A DNA stretch of 64,000 nt, taken from contig OZ361259.1 in the NCBI GenBank assembly GCA_977018835.1, positions 2,914,001 through 2,978,000 of the forward strand. The letters are read 5' to 3'. The position numbers and the translations under genes were made by a program. Under the pieces are notes generated by a model. The model saw only the letters and a program-made list of their open reading frames with translations. It was not told the origin of the DNA and searched no databases. The stretch's first letter is position 1. Every line of letters starts with the position of its first letter. This document shows positions 54,524 through 64,000 of the stretch, one piece after another. The DNA is from Minutocellus sp. GHC0000111. Lineage: Eukaryota.

Positions 54524-54786
54524 AGGTAGTAGAAATGCTAAATCTGGAATACCAATTCATTCATTCGGATGAGAAGTATACTAATAGGCCTCTTCGTTAA
54601 ATGTTACATTAGCCTAATTCAACGAATGTGCCTATCTTCCACTGCATCTTGAACAGTCATCACTTCGCAGCAATTTGAGAGTCAATGTGACCGTTCTGAG
54701 TCCCTCATTCATTCATCGGACCATTCATCTATGTCTCTGTATACGTGGCTCCGAAGTACGAGCTCGTAGGGAAAGCCAACCCACTA

Positions 54787-55296
54787 TCATATAAACTCTG
54801 CCTTTGGCCCAGCTTTCGCTGAAACCTCTGTATCTCGTTTTCTTTTGACCCCTACCGATGGACCTGACCTCATGGAGCACTCCAATGCCTCCGTCTCCTT
54901 GGCATTCCCGCGCAGCTTGGCCTCACAGAGGGCCGCCTGCCGAGTAAGGTCAGCCCTGGCACGAAGCGTTTGCTCCAGCGCCTCGTCCATTGCCTTCTTC
55001 TCCTTGGACGCCTTGGGATCATCCAGACCGCCGTTCTTGGCCACCTTTTCTGCGGCCCGGGCAGCCACCACGAGGGACGATGCAAGCGCCCTCCAAGACC
55101 GGCGTAACCGGGTGGCGGTGTGATCTTCTCCCGAGGGTATGCTGCTTTTCCGAACGGCGTCGGCACCATCGGTCGCTGTTTTGCTGGCGGCACTGGACTG
55201 ACTCTTGCCCGACACCGATACCGCCGATCCGCTGGCATTGCTACCGGCGCTCTTGACGGAACTGCCGCCGGGCGTGGTGGGTCTACTGGGTGGCAT
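54787..55296 (-). CDS. Hypothetical protein, 169 aa (Ser-rich N-terminus, coiled coil)
   Basis: ATG-initiated ORF filling the gap, head-to-head with the enoyl-CoA hydratase. Confidence 0.6.
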   Translation of the reverse strand: MPPSRPTTPGGSSVKSAGSNASGSAVSVSGKSQSSAASKTATDGADAVRKSSIPSGEDHTATRLRRSWRALASSLVVAARAAEKVAKNGGLDDPKASKEKKAMDEALEQTLRARADLTRQAALCEAKLRGNAKETEALECSMRSGPSVGVKRKRDTEVSAKAGPKAEFI

Positions 55297-55427
55297 GGTG
55301 GCTGTTGGTTTGAAGGGCCGTGTGTCACTACGTAGCTACGTTGGGGGGTTTTGGGGGGGTTTCCCCAATCCCCAATTCACTAAATCGACGTTCGAGGGCT
55401 GTTGGCATCATTTCCGGAATTGCAAAG

Positions 55428-56354
55428 ATGATGTCGAATGCGAACGCCCTTGTATCTCGTGCAACTCGGGGCTGGCGACCGCTCGCCTATTCCTCCTTTC
55501 GACGTGCCTCAACCTCGGCGTCATCGTCGGATCTGGTCCTCTTCTCCCTCGATAAGAAGACCAAGGTCGCGACCCTCACTTTGAATTCTCCGTCAACTTA
55601 TAATGCCCTCACCGTCGAAATGGGAGAAGCATTCGAGGATATCATCACCAATCGTCTCGTGCCGGGTCTGAAATCGGGTCAAATCAATGCAAATTCCTTG
55701 CTTTTACTCGGTGCTGGCGATAAAGCCTTCAGCGCCGGTGGGGATCTCGAATGGCTAAAAAGTTTGCGGAAGAATCCAGTCCATGTCAACGCCGATAACA
55801 TGATATCTTTCTACCGAAGTTTTTTGTGCATCCGAGATTTGCAGATACCTACCATTGCAGCAATCCACGGCCCAGCGATTGGAGCAGGGGCGTGTCTGGC
55901 GACCGCTTGTGACATGCGAGTTGCCAGTTCAAGAAGCAAAACAGGATACACCTTTGCCTCTCTGGGGATACATGCTGGAATGGGAGGTTCGCACTTCTTG
56001 CCGCTTTCCGTTGGCCGATCTTTGGCCAATGAAGCATTACTGACCGGTAAGATTTTCACTGGTGATGAGGCAATTGGGGTTGGATTGGTCAACAAGCTAG
56101 CTCAGACTGATGACGCCGCGGCAGTCAAGGGTGAGGCCATTGAGCTGGGGAAGAAGATTGCGCAGCAACACCCCTTGGCAGTCCGAACCATGACCAAATC
56201 GATCCGTCTAAAGGAAGATGAGGGATTAGATGCTGCACTACGACGAGAGGCATACGCCCAGGCCATGTGTTATGCTCGAGACGATTGGGGAGAGGGCATC
56301 GATGCCAATGTAGAGCGAAGAGATCCAGTGTTTGAGGATTATTTTAGCAAGTGA
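55428..56354 (+). CDS. Enoyl-CoA hydratase/isomerase (crotonase) family, probable mitochondrial
   Basis: KAFSAGGDL, PTIAAIHGPAIGAGACLATACDMR, LLTGKIFTGDEA..GLVNK. R/S-rich presequence. Confidence 0.93.
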   Translation: MMSNANALVSRATRGWRPLAYSSFRRASTSASSSDLVLFSLDKKTKVATLTLNSPSTYNALTVEMGEAFEDIITNRLVPGLKSGQINANSLLLLGAGDKAFSAGGDLEWLKSLRKNPVHVNADNMISFYRSFLCIRDLQIPTIAAIHGPAIGAGACLATACDMRVASSRSKTGYTFASLGIHAGMGGSHFLPLSVGRSLANEALLTGKIFTGDEAIGVGLVNKLAQTDDAAAVKGEAIELGKKIAQQHPLAVRTMTKSIRLKEDEGLDAALRREAYAQAMCYARDDWGEGIDANVERRDPVFEDYFSK

Positions 56355-56431
56355 TGTAGGAATTCCTACTTCAAAATTACAATTCATTCGATAACTACGT
56401 ATGTGTATAATAATCCCTTACAATTATTGAT

Positions 56432-59224
56432 TTAGACTCCAACTTTGACGTGAAACGTTCGGATTTCCATGGGATATATAGTAATAGTTCCATCTCGGAT
56501 ACTACCACGCCTAGAAGCATCAGAGATATCTTCGGCAGCCTTGTTCCACCTCAATCTCTTCTGTTCTCGTTCCGACAAATCTTGATTACCACTTAGCGTC
56601 CTTTCTGTGATGGATTGAATTTCATAGCCCGGCAAAATATCTTTAAAATCAATATCAACTGCCTTGGATAGCTTTTCGTCTTCTCCTTTTCCATACTGAT
56701 GGCCAAGTCTTGCTATTAGCAAGTCTGACTAGTTTCAGTGGAAGTAATTTGATGGAATGTAATCAACATTATGTTCTCAGGAAGCTCAAAAGAGGAGTCA
56801 ATCACGGAAAAATCAGATTTGCGGAATTGTACATTTTTATGCGAGGAGGATGCAAAGACAAGTGGCTCAGAGAAGGCACGGTCCATGAGCAATCTTGAGA
56901 TACTGGCGCCACTTCTACCAGCCGAAAGGGAAAGTCGATGCTTGGCTGTAATGATCAAGCCATTGCCGATGCGCTTTGCATCGCCGTATGGTGGATAGTG
57001 AGTCATTCCAGAGTCAGTCTCATTAATTGGTTCATTTACACACCGAAAATCATCGACAAGCGTTCGGCGGTGCACCATGATCTCAATTGAACCATCAGCA
57101 ATGGATCCACCACCCTGCGATCGGTCCACTGCAATCGACATGGATGTATCCTCATCTTCGACATAAATGGCTGCGTTGATGGGGTAGTAATTTCCTGCCA
57201 CTGGCTGGTACTCCGTCAGGTTCCAAGTAGGACGGTAACTGCGCTGGCGTTTCATAAATTCTCGGCCATTGGAGTCGGTGTAAAAGACGCCTTCATTCTT
57301 AATAGATGGACAAGTGTAACGGGCAACAATTTCCTTGTTTGAGCATCCTTCGAAGAGCAGATGTTGGTGAGGCGAGATTGATTTGACGTAGCGAGTCAGA
57401 CCTATCGCCAGAAACCATTACAATCCGATACATCGCAGCACCTAAAGCTGGAAGATCCTTTGCTTGAAAGTGAAGAACGTAGTCAGCCGATGCCTTGATC
57501 CCGCCATAATTTTTGTTTGGGACTACAGCCGATTTCACATCTTGCCAAGTCTCTTCATCTCCTCCTACTTTGACCAAACGAGAAACTTGGTATTTGGCAC
57601 CAACAGCAACAGGTACCGTCACGTACTCGTCTCTCTGCTGTGCCAGAGCATTATAGACCACAAGATAAATATTGCTACCTGGGACCTGAGTAGCCCTCTG
57701 GGTCACATTGCAAATCGTTTCATTCCGTAGGTGGCACAACGCCAGGTTGGACAGATCGCCTGGATCTGCGACAAAGTACCTTTGCAATGTTTCCACAACA
57801 GACTTTTCAGCATCATTGATTCCTGCCTGAATCTGTTTGGCGTAATCGTAGGCAACGTGCTGCTTGCTCGTTCCACTGACAGCGTCATGGTGCTGAGCCG
57901 TCCCCATTGCCCTATCTAGAACATCAAGAGAAGCGGCTTCAGCTCCTTGCAATGCCTGAGTTTGCCTTGCAGCCAAAAGGAAAGACGACCCAACCCGTTC
58001 GAGGCGTTTGAGAGCTGGACGCGATGTGAAATATCCGGTCCAAAAACCATTCGGTCGATCGGAATATGGAAAGAAATCGTCCGTCTTTGTTTCGTATGGT
58101 CCATCCAATTTCTGGGCCGCCCTTATTTCCTTAAACTTGCAATCTGAATACGCATTTGGACTGGAATAAAATATGTTGATTTTGTTGAACCGCGGAGCCA
58201 GCATCGAGGCAACATCGTCCTTTCCACTAGCCTGTAGTGCAAGGAGGGAGGACGTCATTTTCTCCATATTCTCGTACCAAGTCAAGCTATTTTCATAGTT
58301 GAAATCCTCACCCATGATAAGCATAATGTTGCTTCCCTTGGTTCTATCGGACTGCACCTTTAGAAACTTGACCAGTTCCGTGATCCTTGCCCTTACCGTA
58401 GCATCATCCTGTCCGATGAGATAATCATCGTCGCAATGCACATCGAAGCAGAACCCGGCAGGAGGGCCGTAGTTCCCATCGTAACTGCCCGTGAGTCCCC
58501 AAAAGATATTGGTATTCTCCAGGTTGGATGAAGCCGACCAAAATCCTTCGCACTGCTGCTCGTCGTGTCTGCGCTGCATGTCCTGATAGTCAATTCGACC
58601 AAAGTAGAGCGCGTCGAAGCCAGCCTTGGATGATAATAAGGATGCTTGAGTAGCAGAGTGTCCAAAGGGATCCAACTGCCAACCAACACGGGGAATGTAG
58701 TCAAGCTCTCGAAGGAGAAAGTCATGACCGAGTGTCGTCTGATCGATCATGCCCATGTAGTGCGTCGCAGCTTCATCGTGCATGCACCAGCCCCCATTGA
58801 CAAAGGAAAGCTGTCCATTCTTTACCAATCTCTTGACCAGGGTTTTCGTGTCATCCGACTGCTCCCTCCACCACATGTCAAAGAAAAATATCTCGACATA
58901 TGTGAATGTTCGGTTCGGATTTTGGGCTAGCGCGGCGATAGCAGTGTCGAGGATGTATTTCACGGCACAATTCTGAATAGTGTTGTTGAATCCAAAGTAA
59001 TACTGATGAGGCGTCTTGAGCCACCCGACGTCGTCGTGCGTGTGAGGCACCAGATGCACGTTGAGTGTTCCATCATCTCCAGTCTCGCATGGTAGGGTGG
59101 CTTGGGACTGGGAACCATCGACGGATGATGCTTCAACGGCAGGTGCTATCTCCGCGCCCAGAAGTGCTTCGAAAACGACAGCAGCGCCGACAGCGACAGC
59201 GACGGAGGAGGGAGAAAATTTCAT
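56432..59224 (-). CDS. GH38 lysosomal-type alpha-mannosidase; frameshift with apparent internal deletion near 57333 and a 1-nt frameshift near 56714
   Basis: HLVPHTHDDVGWLKT, GGWCMHDEA, GWQLDPFGHS, FWTGYFTSRPALK, QHHDAVSGT, FYTDSNGREFMKR, VAGNYYPIN, DRSQGGGS, IYPMEIRTF. Signal peptide from ATG 59224. Confidence 0.9.
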
Positions 59225-59440
59225 TGGAGCAGTGCTGATATGATCCCCATCCACGAGATGATCAAAATAAAGATATTGCAATGTCATGTCGACGGCAAGA
59301 TACTGCAGTGCACTCCCGAGAGGACTATTTTTCCAACTTTTTGCTTCAACTCTGAATTAAAAAGTGCTCCGGACGACGTGCAGACATTTTCACTCTCGGT
59401 CGACGTATCGTTCATTCATTTTCATCTGCTCTCGCCAACC

Positions 59441-61147
59441 ATGTCAACCAAGCGCCCAGCGGCGACCGGCACCGAAGCCAGCGCGGTCAGCGCCAGCAAG
59501 AAGAGTAAAGGGTCCTATATCGATGTTGGCCAAAAGGATGATCCACTGGTGCGACTGACTCGTTCCGAGCTCATCAGTTTCGATCCCTCTTCCAGCACCC
59601 TTCTTGAGGATATGCTGGGTCCTATCTCAAAGCCGGAATTTCTTCTCAACTTGTTCCGAAAGAAGGCTGTCCACATATCTCCCTCCGACGAAGACCGAGC
59701 CGAGAGCGTTCAAAATATCATCGACAACTACATGTTTGGCCTCGATGTTCGGCAAGTCCTAGCCGAAACCAGCTCTGACTACGTGTTTGTATGGTTGGCG
59801 CCGCCACAGCCTGGTGTGAAGCAATCGGCAAAGAGAACCATCCAAAGCATTGAGTTGCAGGATCCAGAAGCCGCGTTTGCATTGCATCAGAGTGGTCACT
59901 CTACGTATTGCCGAGCTCCACCGGAGTTGGAACAGCCCCTGGTCTCGTCTTTGCTGCGAGACACTGGCTTGGGTTGTGGTCAATATGATCCTACCGCCGA
60001 AAAGATGACCGTTATGGGAAGAGGCGAAGTCGAGGTATTTGCCGCAAGTAAAGCTGGAAATTTTACGGATTTTCATACAGACTTTCAAGAGAACTTTACA
60101 ATTCAGTTGAGTGGACAGAAGCGATGGACTATAAAGCAAGGCCTGGCTACACATCCTCTGAGAGGTTGCACGCCGCATTATCGCTCGCCAGATGCAGTAG
60201 AGGGTCAGCTCAAGTCGGCGAGACTATCTGCTTCACATTTTGAGTTTGCTCAACCAAACGAAACCAACTCCTTTGGCGACGAAACGACGGTGCTATTAAA
60301 GCCGGGAGATGTCTTCTATTTCCCTGCCGGCATGTGGCATAACGTGGAGACGGTTGAGGAGGGTGTGAGCATCAACGTTTCCTTGATGGCGACCAACTAT
60401 GCAACATTATTTTGCCAATCGTTGCAGCATTTGCTCCTGAAAGATGATGGTTGGAGGGAGGCAGTTGTCAATAGTGAAGGTTGCATCTCAGCTACTGATA
60501 GACTCCAGAGTCTAATGTCGACTCTGCCACAAATTTTGGGCAAGTTCGAAGAGAATGGAGGAGCACGTGCTATCCTACCGCCTGCTCTGCTACGCCCACC
60601 GCAGTTTCAGGTTGTCGGTAATGATTCTGATGGTAATGATGAAAGCAACGTCGAAAATGTGAACGATGACGAGAGTAGCAATCCTGATGAAAATGGAGAT
60701 CAAGATGAAGACGATTCAAACGACGATGTAGAGTCGATGGAAGGAGAGGGAGAAGAGGAAGACAACGATGACAATGTTGTTGATTGCGAAGCCTTTGATG
60801 GTCCTGATGAAAAAGATATGGTATCCCTGAAGAGTGGTCAATTTACCAAGAACCCTCTTGCCACTTTATTAAGAATGAAGGATATAACCAAATATTACAG
60901 CGATGAAAAGGAAGAAGAGAGCAATGACAATTTGTTTGTGCTGAATGTCAACTACGCCGGGAACGAGGTTATGGAAAGTTCAGTCAGAACAATTCTCAAG
61001 GCAGGCGATAGTGATTCGTTGAGCAAGAAAATTTTGGATCGATGCTGCAGCCTGGAAGAAAGGGGTAAAGATCCAGCAAAATGTGATGATTTGGAAGCGC
61101 TTCCGGCTCTTCTTTGGTACGGGTATTTCATTCCCAAAGAAGATTAG
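59441..61147 (+). CDS. JmjC/cupin 2-oxoglutarate oxygenase (ribosomal oxygenase RIOX/YcfD-like)
   Basis: FHTDFQENFTIQLSGQKRW (HxD) and LLKPGDVFYFPAGMWHNV. Basic NLS-like N-terminus. Confidence 0.85.
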   Translation: MSTKRPAATGTEASAVSASKKSKGSYIDVGQKDDPLVRLTRSELISFDPSSSTLLEDMLGPISKPEFLLNLFRKKAVHISPSDEDRAESVQNIIDNYMFGLDVRQVLAETSSDYVFVWLAPPQPGVKQSAKRTIQSIELQDPEAAFALHQSGHSTYCRAPPELEQPLVSSLLRDTGLGCGQYDPTAEKMTVMGRGEVEVFAASKAGNFTDFHTDFQENFTIQLSGQKRWTIKQGLATHPLRGCTPHYRSPDAVEGQLKSARLSASHFEFAQPNETNSFGDETTVLLKPGDVFYFPAGMWHNVETVEEGVSINVSLMATNYATLFCQSLQHLLLKDDGWREAVVNSEGCISATDRLQSLMSTLPQILGKFEENGGARAILPPALLRPPQFQVVGNDSDGNDESNVENVNDDESSNPDENGDQDEDDSNDDVESMEGEGEEEDNDDNVVDCEAFDGPDEKDMVSLKSGQFTKNPLATLLRMKDITKYYSDEKEEESNDNLFVLNVNYAGNEVMESSVRTILKAGDSDSLSKKILDRCCSLEERGKDPAKCDDLEALPALLWYGYFIPKED

Positions 61148-61232
61148 AAGAGAACGATCGTACTAGATAGGCTGATTCAAAATATCTCTTCGCTACACAT
61201 AATTATTTTTATATTACCATAATTCAACTTAC

Positions 61233-64000
61233 TTATAATCGATCTTTCAGATCGTCCAATTCTTGGTTTGTTTGGCGGATGATTTGCTTTCGCTGTTGTG
61301 CTTCTCTCTGTTGCCTCTCTTGGTCATGGGCCAACCGCTGCGCCTCATACTCAGCACGCTTTCTTGCCCTGATGGTGCTGTGAAGTCGATCGGGATAAGA
61401 AGAAGCAGAAGGTTCCGTTCGTTGCTTCTTTGTTGGACTTTCGGCCGATGGCTGCATCTCGTTGGTCGGTGTGAAATTCTCTTCTCCGGGATATGAGGCC
61501 TTGGCTTTTCCCGAGTCAGGCCGTTTACATTGAGAGCTGACCAAATCCAGGCCAAGAAGGTTGGGGCTGGGCGTACTGTACGATGATGATGGTGCCGTGG
61601 TAGCGGGTAGAGGACGAGCACGAAAATTCGATTTACATCGTGCCTCGGCCTCTTGGCGCTCCCTCTGCTCTTTGAGGGTAGCCTCCTTGACTCGAGATGC
61701 ATCACTTCCAGACAAAAGCCGATCAAATGGCTGCGCCCGAAGAGCAGATGGCTTTACTGATGATACCGAGGACTCATTCCTTGGTCTTTGAGATGACGAT
61801 GCTGCTATAGATGCCTTTGTTTCTTTCGCCACAGCCTGGTAGGCCTTACTCGGCTGGTTGGCGCTGGAAGCAGGACGCCGGAAGCCAAGAAGAGGTGACG
61901 ATGGCACAGTCGGTGACCGCTTGGCCACTTTTGGAACACCGGTCTGCCCCCCTTGTCCAAGTTCGCCTGTCGTTGCCGGTAGTGGTCGGGCCTTGAATGA
62001 TCCTTCTGCTTCCTTCTCTCGCGAAGCTGGCTTTCTCGATCCAGCGGCGGTGAAAGGAGAGGTCTTCTTCATGGTCGTGGTACCAGCTGATGCTTCCCTT
62101 CTTCTTCGTTCCTCTTCCTTAACCCTCTGATATGCCCTGGACTCTCCGACGTCTCCTTCTTTTAGGCGACGACGGTTACCAAGCAATGGAGATGAAGGTA
62201 CCGTGGGCGATCGTTTGGCCACCTTGGGGACTCCCGTTTGTCCGCCATGGCCAAGATCACCAGTCGTTGCAGGAAGGGGACGGGCCTTGAAGGGCTTGGC
62301 AGGGTTGATACCTTCAAAGTGACGCTTCTGCGTTGCCACAGGCCGAACAAGGTCCGATGCGACCGGCTCGTGCTCTTCCTCGTACTCTTCTTCCTCAGCA
62401 TGGCTTGATAGCGCAATATTCTCTAGAGAAAGCTTTTGCTTCTGCTCCCTGGCTACAAAGGAATCCCGAGATTTGGTAACAAGTTGCTTCCGCTTCTGTG
62501 CAGCTCCACGCAGACGTTCGACAAGAGCGTGGGACGATGCACCGAGCTTCTTCTTGGCACTGCTCAGATCATTGCCAGGCGATGGTCCGGCAAGAGCCAA
62601 TGCGTCGTCGGAAATCGTTGAAGGCTGCATAGTGGGTGGGCTGAGAAGAGCACTAAGAGAGTCGTCGTTTGTATTGGCAGCGGCGGCAAATTGCGAGGGT
62701 GAATCATCACAACCATCATTTGGGGCATTAAATCTCATCGTTGACGTTGCTTCAGTAGGGGGAGAACGGGTTTCTGCTGTTTCTTCTGCTGAGGGATGCA
62801 TGTGGGAAAATATTGCGGCCTCATCCACCAAATGATTTTCCTGATGATCCATTTCGTGCTGATTCATTGAAAGCGCAGATTCAAGCTCTTGGTGGTCAGA
62901 CGGCTCAGCAGCCAGTGCTTCGTCTTCCATGGGCGCATCGGTCCTGGCGTCTTTCATTTCTTCTTCTTCTCCATAGTCCGATTTTCCTCCTGAGACATCA
63001 AGGCTTTGATTGGTATCCTGGACACCTGCGCCTTCGAATGATTGTCTGGGCACAGGACTGGTGCTTGCATGCCTTGCGATGGGGCTAAGGGAGCACTTCA
63101 GTGGGTCATCAATCGTTGGTAGACCTACCATACCGCCATCATCGCGCAGCATACCATCTCCCTCTCCTAGAATGGGCTCGTCGGAAGCAGCATTGTTTGT
63201 ATCAACGAGAGGGCTTTCATCGTCAGTACCATGGGCATCGTCGTTGCTGCGGTCGGCGTCGTTAGCCTCAGCGGTACCAGACGTATCTACGCCCTTCGAC
63301 ATCAGAGAAGATGGTTCGGAATCTGGAAAGTTTAGGTTCTCCGCAGCAAGAAGAGATTCCTCGGCTTCCTCCGTTTTGGCAACATCGTTTCCCATCGTCG
63401 GCTCGATAACGGGCTCGGCTGAGGCGCCGTTAACATTATTAGTGCCGATAACCTCCTCTTCCTTCTCCTCCTCACTTTGGTTGGCAATTGCCAGCTCCGG
63501 ATCTGATTTCATACTGATATTGCTATCGCCATTCAACTCTTCACCTTGAGTCTCCCTCACTGCTTCGTCGACCGTTTCGAAGTTACCGTCGGCCTCGATA
63601 CCAATGCCAATGGTCTCAGGGATGGCCATCAGCGTCGGTTCACTGGTGGTACCTTCCCCAGTGCTGGTTTGGGGCTCGCTTTCATCCTCGTCGAGAACGT
63701 CGCTACCGACCGATCCAAGACCGAGCGATGGACACATGGACGTATCGAGCTGAAGCTGCTGGCCGAGGTTGACCCCAGCTACTGCTGGTTGGCCACCTCC
63801 TTCGGCCGGCATGTCGATACCACCGCTGGTACTGAGATCGACATCGACGTCATCGTCCTTCTTTTCGTCCTGCTCTTGCTCCTGATCCTGACCAGCAGCT
63901 GCATCACTCATATCCAGCCCTCTGGCCATGGATGCTTGATCAGGGAGCTCCTTCTCGAGATCGATGCCCTCCTCCTCCTTCTGTTGTTGCTGGGGCTTCT
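61233..64000 (-). CDS. TPX2-like microtubule-associated protein, 5'-partial (frame open to the window edge)
   Basis: Three F(K/R)ARPLP motifs and C-terminal LHSTIRARKRAEYE coiled coil. The acidic N-terminus stays open upstream of ATG 63929 to position 64000. Confidence 0.75.
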   Translation of the reverse strand, partial: KPQQQQKEEEGIDLEKELPDQASMARGLDMSDAAAGQDQEQEQDEKKDDDVDVDLSTSGGIDMPAEGGGQPAVAGVNLGQQLQLDTSMCPSLGLGSVGSDVLDEDESEPQTSTGEGTTSEPTLMAIPETIGIGIEADGNFETVDEAVRETQGEELNGDSNISMKSDPELAIANQSEEEKEEEVIGTNNVNGASAEPVIEPTMGNDVAKTEEAEESLLAAENLNFPDSEPSSLMSKGVDTSGTAEANDADRSNDDAHGTDDESPLVDTNNAASDEPILGEGDGMLRDDGGMVGLPTIDDPLKCSLSPIARHASTSPVPRQSFEGAGVQDTNQSLDVSGGKSDYGEEEEMKDARTDAPMEDEALAAEPSDHQELESALSMNQHEMDHQENHLVDEAAIFSHMHPSAEETAETRSPPTEATSTMRFNAPNDGCDDSPSQFAAAANTNDDSLSALLSPPTMQPSTISDDALALAGPSPGNDLSSAKKKLGASSHALVERLRGAAQKRKQLVTKSRDSFVAREQKQKLSLENIALSSHAEEEEYEEEHEPVASDLVRPVATQKRHFEGINPAKPFKARPLPATTGDLGHGGQTGVPKVAKRSPTVPSSPLLGNRRRLKEGDVGESRAYQRVKEEERRRREASAGTTTMKKTSPFTAAGSRKPASREKEAEGSFKARPLPATTGELGQGGQTGVPKVAKRSPTVPSSPLLGFRRPASSANQPSKAYQAVAKETKASIAASSSQRPRNESSVSSVKPSALRAQPFDRLLSGSDASRVKEATLKEQRERQEAEARCKSNFRARPLPATTAPSSSYSTPSPNLLGLDLVSSQCKRPDSGKAKASYPGEENFTPTNEMQPSAESPTKKQRTEPSASSYPDRLHSTIRARKRAEYEAQRLAHDQERQQREAQQRKQIIRQTNQELDDLKDRL

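Noticed and set aside
7812..56354. Lipid-metabolism gene cluster (GPAT, CEPT, P450, crotonase)
   Set aside because: The genes are dispersed among unrelated housekeeping genes, with no evidence of co-regulation.

Overview
Gene-dense eukaryotic nuclear DNA, most likely a diatom or related stramenopile. The evidence for that is few short GT-AG introns, ASAF-type bipartite targeting peptides and ankyrin-kinase fusions. About 20 protein-coding genes are supported: SYF1/XAB2, an ankyrin-pseudokinase, GPAT, a BIG/Sec7 ARF-GEF, a CDP-alcohol phosphotransferase, DNAJC17-like, an atypical cytochrome P450, a triple Cys/His-domain protein, a Cys-repeat membrane protein, DnaJ-TM, Mpv17/PMP22, a METTL21-like methyltransferase, a multi-ricin-B lectin, WDR76-like, enoyl-CoA hydratase, GH38 alpha-mannosidase, a JmjC oxygenase, a TPX2-like protein and several hypotheticals. 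The standout is a full-length-bounded 4.2-kb Kolobok-type DNA transposon (11218-15452). It has perfect 17-bp TIRs, a TTAA target-site duplication, a DDE transposase and a convergent second ORF. That ORF ends in a KolX (P2X7-ballast-like) motif visible only across a frameshift, and it appears to be fused to an RPA70-N-like OB fold, an architecture I do not know to be described. A second, degenerate TE patchwork with a Ty1/copia RT fragment lies at about 28.73-31.5 kb. Several genes have 1-nt frameshifts, probably sequencing errors, and three loci show apparent internal deletions. All family assignments are by eye from motifs; no searches were run.
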